Below, piece after piece: positions 54,500 through 64,000 of a stretch of 64,000 nucleotides of DNA. This DNA comes from an uncultured bacterium (lineage in GTDB: Bacteria; Acidobacteriota; Thermoanaerobaculia; Multivoradales; JAHZIX01), in the NCBI GenBank assembly GCA_965368975.1, contig CBDUPA010000001.1:608001-672000 (forward strand), in the 5' to 3' direction. The notes beneath the pieces were generated by a model that worked only from the letters and a program-made list of their open reading frames with translations, ran no database searches and was not told where the DNA came from. The first letter of the stretch is position 1. Every line of letters starts with the position of its first letter. Made by a program: the position numbers and the translations under genes.

Positions 54500-55747
54500 A
54501 TGGAATACGCAACGGTTTATCTCACGCTGGCGGTGATCTTCGGCCTCTACATGACCTGGGGCGTTGGTGCCAACGACGTCGCCAACGCCATGGGGACCTC
54601 GGTGGGTTCCGGTGCCATCACCGTCAAGAAGGCGCTGATCATCGCCGCGATCTTCGAGTTCGCGGGTGCCGTGTTGGCCGGAGGCCACGTCACCAGCACG
54701 ATTCGCAAGGGCATCATCAATGCCGACTTCGTGTCGTCGCCCGATGTGCTGGTGCACGGCATGCTGGCCGCGTTGCTGGCCGCTGGCATCTGGCTTATGG
54801 TGGCCAGCTATTTTGGCTGGCCGGTGTCGACCACACACACTATCGTCGGTTCGTTGATCGGCTTCGGCCTTGTTGGCTTGGGCCCCGAAGCGGTGGCTTG
54901 GGACCAGGTGGGCAGCATTGTGGCCAGCTGGCTGATCTCACCGCTGCTGGGAGCGGTGCTCGCTTTCCTGCTCACGCTGTCGGTGCGCAAGTTGATCCTG
55001 GACACCGATGAACCGTTCGAGAACGCCAAGAAGTATGGCCCGGTGTATGTCTTCCTGATGGGCGTCTTGATTGGCTTGGTGACCCTGTTCAAGGGGCTCA
55101 AGCACCTCGACCTGCACCTGACCGGCCTGCAGTCGCTGCTCGTCGCGCTGGCGATCGGCGTCGTGATCAGTCTGGTCGGTCGGCAGCTGATTCGCCGTAT
55201 CGAAGTCGACCGCGAGGCCGAGCGCAAGTTTCACTTCGCCAGCGTCGAGAAGGTGTTCGCGCCGCTGTGCGTGTTCACCGCCTGCGCCATGGCCTTCGCG
55301 CACGGCTCCAACGACGTCGCCAATGGTGTCGGGCCTCTGGCGGCCGTCGTCAGTATCGTTTCCAGCGGTGAAGTGGTGCAGAAGTCTGCACTGCCGATCT
55401 GGATCCTGCTGCTCGGTGGTGCCGGCATCGTCATCGGCCTGGGCACGCTAGGGTACCGGGTGATGAAGACAGTGGGCAAGAAGATCACCGAGCTGACCCC
55501 CAGCCGCGGCTTCTGCGCCGAGCTGGCGGCCGCGGCGACGGTGGTGCTGGCATCACGCCTCGGCCTGCCGGTGTCGACCACCCACATCATCGTCGGTGCC
55601 GTGATGGGCGTTGGCCTGGCGCGCGGCATCGCGGCCATCGACCTGCGGGTCGTCGGCGGCATCATCACCTCGTGGATCGTCACGCTACCGATCGGCGCCG
55701 CCCTGGCCAGCTTCTTCTACTTCTTCTTCAAGGGCGTCTTCGGCTAG
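54500..55747 (+). CDS. pit: Inorganic phosphate transporter, PiT family
   Basis: GANDVANAMG and HGSNDVAN signatures, PVSTTH twice. Confidence 0.95.
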   Translation: MEYATVYLTLAVIFGLYMTWGVGANDVANAMGTSVGSGAITVKKALIIAAIFEFAGAVLAGGHVTSTIRKGIINADFVSSPDVLVHGMLAALLAAGIWLMVASYFGWPVSTTHTIVGSLIGFGLVGLGPEAVAWDQVGSIVASWLISPLLGAVLAFLLTLSVRKLILDTDEPFENAKKYGPVYVFLMGVLIGLVTLFKGLKHLDLHLTGLQSLLVALAIGVVISLVGRQLIRRIEVDREAERKFHFASVEKVFAPLCVFTACAMAFAHGSNDVANGVGPLAAVVSIVSSGEVVQKSALPIWILLLGGAGIVIGLGTLGYRVMKTVGKKITELTPSRGFCAELAAAATVVLASRLGLPVSTTHIIVGAVMGVGLARGIAAIDLRVVGGIITSWIVTLPIGAALASFFYFFFKGVFG

Positions 55748-55792
55748 GGCGAGGCCCCATCGTCACACATCGCCGCCAACGGATGCAGCGCA

Positions 55793-56779
55793 TCAAGCCG
55801 TTGCCGGTAGGGCAGTCGGCGCCGGTCGCGGCGTCGGCTTGTTGGTCAGCACCAGGTAGCCGCCGACGATGATCACCGCGATGCCGAGCCAGAAGCGCAC
55901 GTCGACTTCCGACCAGGTCGTCTCACCGGCGCTCATGACATAAAAGCTGTTGACCACCGGTGCCCCGGCGAAGACCAGTGGCATGACGATCGACGGGCCA
56001 CCCTTGACGTAGCGATTGCCGAAGACGATGCCCCAGGCTCCGAGGGTGGTGATCAGGCCGGCAATCAGGCCGCGGTTGAAGCCCGGCCAGTTGAAGGTGG
56101 CGGTGCTGTCGAAGCCGAGGCCGAAGACCGAGATGGCGACGAGCGCCACCGCGACGTAGGCCAGGCTGAGCGCGATCATGGCTCGGATGCCGCTCTTCTT
56201 GAAGCCTTCGATGGCGCTGTGCACCTGCACACCGTACTTGCCCCAGCACACCCACACGACGGCGACGGCCGGTAGGAACCACCAGTTCATTTCGAGATCC
56301 GCGTGGTGCTCAGCTGGGCGATACCACAAGGTCGTCACGACACCCAGGATCAGCAGCACGACGCCGAGCGCGAAGCCGCGCTTGGGCGGGCTCTTGAGGT
56401 GCAGGCAGGTGAAGACAGTGTTGCCCAACTGGACACCGCCGAAGAGCAGCGGCATGACGACTTCGGGCCGGTGGTAGAGCGTCAGCGCGACGATCAATGC
56501 CAGGTTCCCGCCGGCGCCCAGCAAGCCGGCGGCGAAGCCCTTGCGCATGCCGTCTCGAGTCCAGGCGCCGTTGTCCGTCACCAGGCCGGTCTTGAGCAGC
56601 GCGAAGCCACCGAGGACGCCCTCGAGACCGTAGCCGAGGCCGATCAACGCCAGCGCGAGCGCCGTCGAGCCGCCGAGCATGGCGTTGGCCTGCCCCAGGA
56701 TCGGCCCATAGGTGCCCCAGCACAGCATCGCCAGAAGCGGGAAAATCAAGGCAAGTTGGAACATGTCAGATCGCTTCAC
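55793..56779 (-). CDS. Internally duplicated membrane protein (DMT/EamA-like)
   Basis: Two homologous halves (CWGTYG...VMPLLFGG / CWGKYG...VMPLVFAG), about 10 TMs. Confidence 0.7.
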   Translation of the reverse strand: MKRSDMFQLALIFPLLAMLCWGTYGPILGQANAMLGGSTALALALIGLGYGLEGVLGGFALLKTGLVTDNGAWTRDGMRKGFAAGLLGAGGNLALIVALTLYHRPEVVMPLLFGGVQLGNTVFTCLHLKSPPKRGFALGVVLLILGVVTTLWYRPAEHHADLEMNWWFLPAVAVVWVCWGKYGVQVHSAIEGFKKSGIRAMIALSLAYVAVALVAISVFGLGFDSTATFNWPGFNRGLIAGLITTLGAWGIVFGNRYVKGGPSIVMPLVFAGAPVVNSFYVMSAGETTWSEVDVRFWLGIAVIIVGGYLVLTNKPTPRPAPTALPATA

Positions 56780-56866
56780 GTGTTGGGCTCCTCGTGGGTT
56801 TGTCGTCGTCCGCCTACCTTATCGCTTCTCTCTTTCGGGGTCAGGCTCTGATAATATCTGCCCAAC

Positions 56867-57226
56867 ATGGCATCCATATTATTAGTTGAAGATGACAATT
56901 TGATCAGTCGCATGATTACGCTGCGCTTGCAACTTCGTGGGCACACCGTGGATCTGGCGCGAGATGGCCACGAGGGTGTGGAGAAAGCCCTTGCAGGCGA
57001 CTTCGATTTGGTTCTGATGGACATGCACATGCCGAAGATGGATGGGCACGAGGCGGTCCAGCATCTACGTGGCCAGGGCTTCGATACGACGATCGTCGCG
57101 GTGACTGCTTCAGCCACCAGTCGTGACAGCGAGGCAGCGCTCGAGTCTGGCTGCGACAGCTTCATCAGCAAGCCGATCGGCGACGATTTCGAGGACCGTG
57201 TCGACGCGATCCTGGCCGAGTCCTGA
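56867..57226 (+). CDS. Single-domain response regulator
   Basis: LLVEDD, LMDMHMP.MDG, VTA, SKP. Confidence 0.93.
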   Translation: MASILLVEDDNLISRMITLRLQLRGHTVDLARDGHEGVEKALAGDFDLVLMDMHMPKMDGHEAVQHLRGQGFDTTIVAVTASATSRDSEAALESGCDSFISKPIGDDFEDRVDAILAES

Positions 57227-57247
57227 GGCGGAGCCGGGGCGCAGCCG

Positions 57248-58447
57248 ATGCAGATACCACCAAGGCTGCCCAACGAGGCCGAGCGACTGCGAGCCTTGCG
57301 CTTGCTCGGCGTTCTCGACACGCTCCCGGAGCGGCGCTTCGACCGGCTGACGCGCTTGGCTTGCCGGCTGTTCGATGTACCGATTGCGCTGGTCAGCTTG
57401 GTCGACCGCGATCGGCAGTGGTTCAAGTCGCGTCAGGGACTCGAAGTCTGCGAGACCGCGCGGGATGTTTCGTTCTGCAGTCACGCCATCGTGGATGCTG
57501 GCATCTTGCAGGTTTCGGACGCCACCAAGGATTCTCGTTTTGCCGACAATCCCTTGGTCACCGGGGCACCGGACGTCCGCTTCTACGCGGGGGCGCCACT
57601 GTTGACTCGAGATGGCCACCGGGTAGGGACGTTGTGCATCATCGATCGCCAACCTCGGTACCTCGAGGCGCAGCAACTCGACGATCTGCGCGATCTCGCC
57701 GATTGCGTGCAAGACGAGCTCGGCAGGGCCGACCTGATCGAAGCCAAGGAGAGGGCTGAAGAGACGAATCGTCTGAAGGACGAGTTCCTCAACATGATCA
57801 GCCACGAGCTGCGCACGCCGTTGACCGTGCTCTTGGGCTATCTGCCGCTGCTGCAGGAAGTCGAGGCCTTGCCTCCGGCCGAGCTGATCGCCGAGATGGC
57901 GGGAGACATGCGGCAGGCAGGGGATCATCTGTTGCAGGTGATCAACGACTTGCTCGATCTATCGCGGATCGAGAGCGGCAAGCTGGATTTGCACATGGAA
58001 GACGTGGACACCAGCGACATCGCGCAGACCGTCTTTCGACAGCTCAAGGGCAAGGCGGACGAAAAGGGCCTGCTGCTGGAGAACCGGGTGACCTCGAGCG
58101 TGATCCACTGCGACCCCTTGCGCTTGCGCCAGATTCTGATCAACTTGGTGGGCAACGCCATCAAGTTCACGGACGAGGGCAGCATCCTCATCGAGAGCCG
58201 CGAGACCGAAGATGGCACTGAGCTGTCCGTGGTGGACAGTGGGATCGGTATCGCCAAGGAAGACTTACCCAAGATCTTCGACCACTTTCGCCAAGTCGAC
58301 AGCACGAGCACCCGCAAGGTCGGCGGCTCGGGCCTGGGGCTGGCCATCACCCGCCGGTTGGTCGAGCTGCACGGTGGCTCGATCGCCGTCGGGAGCCGCT
58401 TGAGTGAGGGCTCGACATTCACCGTGAAGCTACCGGAGAGACCGTGA
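57248..58447 (+). CDS. GAF-domain sensor histidine kinase
   Basis: GAF (FYAGAPL, GTLCIID); SHELRTPL; NAIKF; DSGIG; GSGLGL. Confidence 0.95.
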   Translation: MQIPPRLPNEAERLRALRLLGVLDTLPERRFDRLTRLACRLFDVPIALVSLVDRDRQWFKSRQGLEVCETARDVSFCSHAIVDAGILQVSDATKDSRFADNPLVTGAPDVRFYAGAPLLTRDGHRVGTLCIIDRQPRYLEAQQLDDLRDLADCVQDELGRADLIEAKERAEETNRLKDEFLNMISHELRTPLTVLLGYLPLLQEVEALPPAELIAEMAGDMRQAGDHLLQVINDLLDLSRIESGKLDLHMEDVDTSDIAQTVFRQLKGKADEKGLLLENRVTSSVIHCDPLRLRQILINLVGNAIKFTDEGSILIESRETEDGTELSVVDSGIGIAKEDLPKIFDHFRQVDSTSTRKVGGSGLGLAITRRLVELHGGSIAVGSRLSEGSTFTVKLPERP

Positions 58448-60093
58448 CCGAACGCAGAGAAGCCGGAACCGGGCAGGAGATCGAGGCCCTCAGAGCCGAG
58501 TTCTCCGACTTGCTGAGCAGTCGCTTGCAGGTCATCGAGCAGCTGTGGCGAGGCCTGACGTGCGAGGAGTGGGATGAGGAGAAGGTGCGGCAGCTGAAGC
58601 GCGCGGTGCACACGCTGAGCGGTTCCGCGAGTACCTTTGGCTTTCCCGCCCTGGGGCAGATCGCTCTGTCTCTGGAGGGGCAGCTGCAGCCATGGTGCGA
58701 GACGGAAGCAGGAATCCCGGCCGGTGAAGAACTACAGGACCTGGCCGCTCTGATCGATGAACTGCGCGGTAGCGCCTCGTTGCCGCGCACGACGCTACGC
58801 GACAGCGCACTGACTCTCGGCTGTGATCTGCGGCAAGGCTGCCTGGTCTACCTGGTCGAAGACGACGCCACCTTGGCGAGCGAGCTGCAGCAGCAGCTCG
58901 GCAGCTTCGGGTATGAAGTCGAGGTCTTCGGACGCTGTCACCGAGTCGTCGAAGCGGTCGCGGAGCGCCGTCCGGACGCACTGATCGTCGACATCGTACT
59001 CACGGAAGGGGATGAGGCCGGCATCGACCTGGTGAGACAACTGCGACGCCAGTTCGATCTGCAGGTTCCGATGTTGTTCATCACTGCACGCACGGATGTC
59101 CAGGCCCGGCTCGCGGCGGTGCGCTGTGGCTGCGACGCGTATCTGGCCAAGCCTCTGGATGTCATCGCCCTGGTCGATCGACTCAACCAGCTGATGCGTC
59201 CGAAGGGGGCCGAGTCCTATCGAATCCTGATCGTGGACGACGACGTGACGCTCAGCAGGTACTACGCTCAAGTCCTGGAGCAAGCAGGGATGAAGGTCTC
59301 GGTGCTCAACGAGCCGCTCGGCATCATCGAACAGCTCGATCGGGGTTTACCCGATCTGATCCTGATGGATATCAACATGCCACAGTGTTCGGGCACCGAG
59401 CTGGTCAAGATCCTGCGCCAGTTCGACCGCTACACCGGCCTGTCCATTGTCTACCTGTCTTCTGAGAGCGAACTCGAGCGCCAGCTGGCGGCGTTGCGGT
59501 TCGGTGGTGACGACTTCCTGACCAAGCCCCTGAGCGATGCGCACTTGCTGGCCGCGGTCGCCATGCGTGCGGAGCGGAGCCGCAGGCTGCGGGCGTTGAT
59601 GAACCAGGACAGTCTCACGGGTCTGGTCTCGCATGTGGCCCTCAAGGAGCGGCTCGCGTCGGAGCTAGAACTGGCTCGGCACTACGGTGCCGAGCTGGCT
59701 TTCGCCATGCTCGATCTCGACAGCTTCAAGCAGGTCAACGATTGGTACGGGCACCTGGTGGGTGACTCGGTGCTGCGCACCCTGGCGGACTTGCTGCGTC
59801 AGCGGGTGCGCCAGTGCGACGTTGTCGGGCGTTACGGCGGCGAGGAGTTCGGCATCGTGCTGCCGAATTGCGGGCTGCAGGACGCCGTCGGGTTGGTGGA
59901 GCGGCTGCGCCGAGCGTTCAGTCGCATCGGCTTCTATCCTGAGGACGAGCGGGTCACCGTCACCTTCAGCTCGGGCGTGGCGTCGACGCAGGAGCCGATG
60001 AGCGTCGAGGGGCTGATCGCGCGCGCCGACCAGGCTCTTTACCGAGCCAAGACGGAAGGTGGCAACCGGGTGCTCCCGGCAGTGCCGGAATGA
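58444..60093 (+). CDS. Hpt-REC-REC-GGDEF diguanylate cyclase
   Basis: HTLSGSASTFG (Hpt), two receiver domains, RQCD I-site, GGEEF. Confidence 0.93.
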   Translation: MTERREAGTGQEIEALRAEFSDLLSSRLQVIEQLWRGLTCEEWDEEKVRQLKRAVHTLSGSASTFGFPALGQIALSLEGQLQPWCETEAGIPAGEELQDLAALIDELRGSASLPRTTLRDSALTLGCDLRQGCLVYLVEDDATLASELQQQLGSFGYEVEVFGRCHRVVEAVAERRPDALIVDIVLTEGDEAGIDLVRQLRRQFDLQVPMLFITARTDVQARLAAVRCGCDAYLAKPLDVIALVDRLNQLMRPKGAESYRILIVDDDVTLSRYYAQVLEQAGMKVSVLNEPLGIIEQLDRGLPDLILMDINMPQCSGTELVKILRQFDRYTGLSIVYLSSESELERQLAALRFGGDDFLTKPLSDAHLLAAVAMRAERSRRLRALMNQDSLTGLVSHVALKERLASELELARHYGAELAFAMLDLDSFKQVNDWYGHLVGDSVLRTLADLLRQRVRQCDVVGRYGGEEFGIVLPNCGLQDAVGLVERLRRAFSRIGFYPEDERVTVTFSSGVASTQEPMSVEGLIARADQALYRAKTEGGNRVLPAVPE

Positions 60094-60120
60094 GCCGTGC
60101 CGCGGCTCACCGACGGTGGG

Positions 60121-62985
60121 CTAGCCGGGGCAGAACTCGCCATAGGCCACACAGCTGAGAGCGGCAGCTTCACCGGTACGCCCCTGCTCTACCAGGAAGC
60201 CAGCAAGGGCCAGAGTCGCCTCACGGACGGCGTCGGAGGTTGGTGTCATCGTGGCACGGCAGAGGTCGAGCGCGCGCCGGTAGAGGGACTCGGCGGCATC
60301 CAGGTCGCCGCGGCGGTCGAGCATGCCGGCCAGCAGGAGCAGAGGCTCGGTGAGCGGCGTGCCGTGTGGACCGAAAATCGATTCGAAATGCTCGACGCTG
60401 CGGCGCAAGGGGGCTTCGGCCTCAGCGTCTCGACCCTGGGCCAGCAGGGCCTGGCCGAGAGAATAGAGAGTGTAGCCGTGCTGCTGGTGTGACGGTTCCA
60501 GGATCTCGTGTTGCAGCCGCTGTAGCTCGCGCAACTCCTGCTCGGCGCCCTGCGGGTCGCCCTGCTCGAGGCGGAAGGTGGCGAGGTTGTAGCGAATGCG
60601 CGTGCTGTCGGCGGACGGACGTCCGCCGAGGGTGGCTTCAGTTGTGATCAGGGCTTGGCGCAGCAGGCGCGTCGCTTCTTCGACGTCACCCTGTTGGTAA
60701 AGGCTGATCGCCAGGTTCTGGCGCTCGCTGGCGACTGCCAGGCTGTCCGGACCAAAGCGCAGCTCCAGGACGCGCAGTGCCTCGCGGAAGAGCGGCGCCG
60801 CCGCCACGTGGTCGCCCTGCATGCCGTAGCTGCGCGCCAGGTCGGCAGCCGCGTAGGCGACCAGCGTGTGGTCCGGTCCGCCAACGCGGCGCGTCATCTC
60901 TAGCGCTCGCTGCAGGAAGCCGCGGGCGGTGTCAGTCTCGCCCTGGGCTTGCCGGAAGCCGGCCAGGCGCGAGAGCACCCAGGCATGCTCGAAAGAGTCA
61001 CCATCGCCGAGTGCCACGTGCACTTCACGGGCCGCTTCCAACTCACCTTCGGCGTCCTCGTAGCGCCCCTGGTACAAGAGCAGGTTGGCCAGCCCGGCGT
61101 GGCCGATAGCGACCTGGGTATGCGCGTGGCCGTAGAGCTGCTGGTAGAGGGCGAGGGACTGGCGCAGCGGAGCCTCAGCCGCGTCCAGGCGCCGCATACC
61201 GACGTACAGATCACCCAGGGCACGCAGGCTCTCGGCGATTTCCTGTGGCTCGCCTGCCGCCTGCTGACGTAGCTCCAACGCTTCTACCAGCAGCGGCTGG
61301 GCGCGTTCGAAGAGCTCCAGGCGTCGATAGATCTCGCCCGTGATGTGCTGCATCTTGGCCTGCACCAAGGGTTGGCCAGGGAAGGCATCCGCTTGCAGCT
61401 TGGCGACACCTTGATCCAAGAGCTCGCGCGCCGTCAGGTCGAGTTCGGGCTGCGACATGTAGGGATCTGAGCCCCACAGCAGGCCGCTCAGGAACAGCGC
61501 GACTTGCTCGGTTTCCTGGCGCTTGCGCTCGGCCCGTTCGGCTTGCTGGCGTGTCTGGTCGCGCTCGCGGGCCAGACGCCAGGTGAAGGCGCTGAGCAGG
61601 GCCGCGAGGGTCGTCAGCGCCAGCACGGTTGCGGCCACCGCCGCCCGGTGCCGGCGTACGAACTTGCCCAGCCGATAGCGCAGAGTATCCGGCTGGGCCG
61701 AGACAGGCATGCCATTCAGGTAGCGGTGCAAGTCGAGGCGCAGCTGCTCGACGGAGCCGTAGCGCCGCTCCGGTTCCTTGTGCAGCGCCTTGAGCACGAT
61801 GGTGTCGAGATCACCCCGAATGGCATAGGTTCTCGATCCGGGCGCGGAAGCGCTAGCCAGCGCACTGGGGCGCACCGGTTGCTCTTGGCAGACCTTGCGC
61901 TCGGCCTCGGCGGCGCTCAGACCGGAGAGCCGGTAGGGCCGGCAGCCGGCGATCAGCTCATAGGCGATCAGGCCTAACTGGTAGACGTCCGAAGCGACCG
62001 TGATCACCTCGCCGCGCACCTGCTCCGGACTGGCGTACTGCGGCGTCAGGAAGTGGCCGGCGGTGATCGGTGCCGCTCGGCCGTGAGCGTCACCGATCGC
62101 CGAGGCCCGGTCCGCATCGAGCAGCTTGGCGATCCCGAAGTCGAGTAGCTTGACCGCACCCTCGCGGGTGACCAGGATGTTCGAGGGTTTGAGGTCGCGG
62201 TGTACGATCAGCTGTCGGTGCGCCGCCTCGACCGCGCCGCACACCTCGACCAGCAGTTCGACGCGCTGGCGCAGGTTCAGGCCGTCTTGCTCGCAGTACT
62301 CGTCGAGCGGTACGCCGTCGACGTACTCCATTACCAGGTAGGGCATGACCAAGGCTGGCATCTTTCTGCGGGGCTGCCCGTCCCCGTCGACCGCGTCACT
62401 GACGCCGCCGTCGATCAAGCGGGCGATGCGCGGGTGCTCCAGGTCAGCCAGGATCTGGCGCTCGCGGCGGAAACGGTCGAGTGCCGCGTCGTCGGCCCAG
62501 CTGGTCATCACTTTCAGCGCCACTTGCTGTTCGAACGCACCGTCGGCGCGCTCGGCCAAGAAGACAACACCCATGCCGCCGCGGCCGATCTCTCGCAGCA
62601 ACCGGTAGCGTCCGATCTCGCGGCCGGGCTGCAGACCGCTTTGTTCCAACGGCGGCCGGGCGTTGGCGTAGACCTCGGGTTGGCGCAGATCCTCCAGCAA
62701 GCCCGCGCCAGCAGCGCCTCCCGGACGCAGTAGCGGATCCGTCTGCTCGGCGCTGTCGAGCAGTGCCTGCACCTGCTGGAACAGTTGCAGATCTTCGCCG
62801 CAAGCTTGGGCCAGGTGCCGCCGCCGCTGCTCGGGCGGCACGTCCAGCAGCTGACAGAACAAGTCGTCGACGCGGGCCGTCGCGGCGGCAGGTGCCTTCG
62901 CGGTCGGTGCAGTTGCGGTCGGTGCGGTTACGGTCGGTACGGTCGCGGTCGGTGCCGTCGTTGTGGATCGTGCGTGAGGCTTCAT
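60121..62985 (-). CDS. Ser/Thr protein kinase with TM and TPR repeats
   Basis: GRGGMG, VALK, HRDLKPSN, DFG, YASPE; TM; C-terminal TPRs; start ATG 62985 behind AGGAG. Confidence 0.93.
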   Translation of the reverse strand: MKPHARSTTTAPTATVPTVTAPTATAPTAKAPAAATARVDDLFCQLLDVPPEQRRRHLAQACGEDLQLFQQVQALLDSAEQTDPLLRPGGAAGAGLLEDLRQPEVYANARPPLEQSGLQPGREIGRYRLLREIGRGGMGVVFLAERADGAFEQQVALKVMTSWADDAALDRFRRERQILADLEHPRIARLIDGGVSDAVDGDGQPRRKMPALVMPYLVMEYVDGVPLDEYCEQDGLNLRQRVELLVEVCGAVEAAHRQLIVHRDLKPSNILVTREGAVKLLDFGIAKLLDADRASAIGDAHGRAAPITAGHFLTPQYASPEQVRGEVITVASDVYQLGLIAYELIAGCRPYRLSGLSAAEAERKVCQEQPVRPSALASASAPGSRTYAIRGDLDTIVLKALHKEPERRYGSVEQLRLDLHRYLNGMPVSAQPDTLRYRLGKFVRRHRAAVAATVLALTTLAALLSAFTWRLARERDQTRQQAERAERKRQETEQVALFLSGLLWGSDPYMSQPELDLTARELLDQGVAKLQADAFPGQPLVQAKMQHITGEIYRRLELFERAQPLLVEALELRQQAAGEPQEIAESLRALGDLYVGMRRLDAAEAPLRQSLALYQQLYGHAHTQVAIGHAGLANLLLYQGRYEDAEGELEAAREVHVALGDGDSFEHAWVLSRLAGFRQAQGETDTARGFLQRALEMTRRVGGPDHTLVAYAAADLARSYGMQGDHVAAAPLFREALRVLELRFGPDSLAVASERQNLAISLYQQGDVEEATRLLRQALITTEATLGGRPSADSTRIRYNLATFRLEQGDPQGAEQELRELQRLQHEILEPSHQQHGYTLYSLGQALLAQGRDAEAEAPLRRSVEHFESIFGPHGTPLTEPLLLLAGMLDRRGDLDAAESLYRRALDLCRATMTPTSDAVREATLALAGFLVEQGRTGEAAALSCVAYGEFCPG
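62884..62958. repeat. 15-bp tandem repeat (TAPTA x5)
   Basis: cgcggtcggtgcagt-like units. Confidence 0.85.
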
Positions 62986-63221
62986 GTCGAACTCCTGGAC
63001 GTGAGCCCCACGTCCGCGGGGCCTCAGGAAGACTTTCGAGATGACACGGGCGCCTCTGACGGTTTGCCGTACGGAGCTCCAGCAGGTCAACCGGGTTCTA
63101 ATCGAGAATGATGTATAGTTGGCGCTTCGTGAAGTCGCGCAAGTTCATTGAAGTGACTTTGAGAGTTGATGGAATTTCATGCAGTGCAATGTTTCTGCGG
63201 GGAGTCAACCTAGGAGGAAGG

Positions 63222-64000
63222 ATGCAGAAACTGGCGATTGTGATCTGCTACTTTGGGTCTTGGCCGAGGTGGATGCACCTGTTCATGGAGAGTTGTCGTC
63301 TCAATCCGACGGTCGACTTTGTCCTGGTGACCGACTGCGGAGCTTGCGACTCGAGCTGCGACAATGTCAAGAGGATCGAGATGACGCTGGCGAGCTTCCA
63401 GGAGCTTGCCGTCGAGCGCCTCGGGATCGAGCTCGAGATCGCAGATCCCTACAAGCTGTCGGACTACAAGCCCTTTTATGGTGTCCTCTTCGAGGAGGTT
63501 CTGCGAGGCTATGACTTCTGGGCCTATGCGGATCTGGATGTGATCTACGGCGACATTCGGAGCTTTCTCACCGACGACGTGCTCCACCGATACGATGTGA
63601 TTTCCAGTCGCCCCGAATTCACCGCGGGACACTTCACTCTGTGGCGCAATACCCCTGAGCTGAGCCGCCTCTTCGAGCAGAGCAAGAACTGGCGCCGCGT
63701 TCTTCAGTTGCCGAATGTCTGCAGCTTCGGTGAGTGCGGCAAAGGGTTGCAGGGCCCTCTGATCTATGGCCACAGCTGGGAGAAGGTAGCTCCGATGACG
63801 GAAGTCGACAGCATCATGCATGTGCTCGACCGCAATCCGGACATTCGGGTCTTGAAGACGATGCTGTGTGAAGAGCAGATCGATCTGTCCCGCCGCTACT
63901 GGGACAAGCTGAGTTGGGAGATGCGCTGGGACAAAGGCAAGATGGTCGACGTCCAGACGTCACGCGAGGTGATGTACTTCCATCTCCAGTTCTGCAAGGC
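63222..64000 (+). CDS. DUF6625-like protein (putative glycosyltransferase-related), partial
   Basis: Hand translation MQKLAIVICYFGSWPRWMHLFMESCRLNP...YKLSDYKPFYG...YDFWAYADLDVIYGD; AGGAGG RBS; runs off the window. Confidence 0.8.
   Translation, partial: MQKLAIVICYFGSWPRWMHLFMESCRLNPTVDFVLVTDCGACDSSCDNVKRIEMTLASFQELAVERLGIELEIADPYKLSDYKPFYGVLFEEVLRGYDFWAYADLDVIYGDIRSFLTDDVLHRYDVISSRPEFTAGHFTLWRNTPELSRLFEQSKNWRRVLQLPNVCSFGECGKGLQGPLIYGHSWEKVAPMTEVDSIMHVLDRNPDIRVLKTMLCEEQIDLSRRYWDKLSWEMRWDKGKMVDVQTSREVMYFHLQFCK

Noticed and set aside
63210-63821. 203-aa minus-strand ORF
   Set aside because: Antisense to the DUF6625-like gene, which has a strong RBS and recognisable motifs.

Overview
GC-rich, gene-dense bacterial window. 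An Oar-like TonB receptor, a duplicated 'RFxVxxxW...GYFWFF...NVExxxKxLDAC' C-terminal domain and an 'IFSDGFESG' tail suggest Acidobacteriota (Thermoanaerobaculia-like); this is inference. I found no rRNA, tRNA, CRISPR array or intact transposase/integrase. Left to right: (1) a minus-strand biosynthetic cassette (radical SAM, acyl-AMP ligase, methyltransferase, ACP, GT-B glycosyltransferase) running into an eroded membrane-protein pair and a CDP-alcohol phosphatidyltransferase, downstream of a TonB-dependent receptor; (2) CxxCH lipoprotein, thioredoxin-SnoaL fusion, MscS, Fic, GNAT; (3) a split VioB/RebD-like operon led by a secreted Cys-rich protein; (4) a low-GC islet with an SRPBCC pseudogene; (5) FAD oxidoreductase, hflKC, M20 amidohydrolase; (6) the best candidate new system: ECF sigma factor, membrane anti-sigma/TPR/CHAT protease fusion, S8 subtilase, outer-membrane beta-barrel and a 1021-aa secreted repeat protein, with one identically spaced motif (GTCMAAR-N12-CGCAAAGRG) upstream of three of its transcription units; (7) beta-propeller protein, YtrA/ABC/M1-peptidase operon, frameshifted RelE-type TA pair, pectate lyase, CAT-like acetyltransferase, DUF47-PiT, a phosphorelay ending in a diguanylate cyclase, a Ser/Thr kinase-TPR protein and a partial DUF6625 gene. 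All family assignments come from motif recognition by eye, not database searches.
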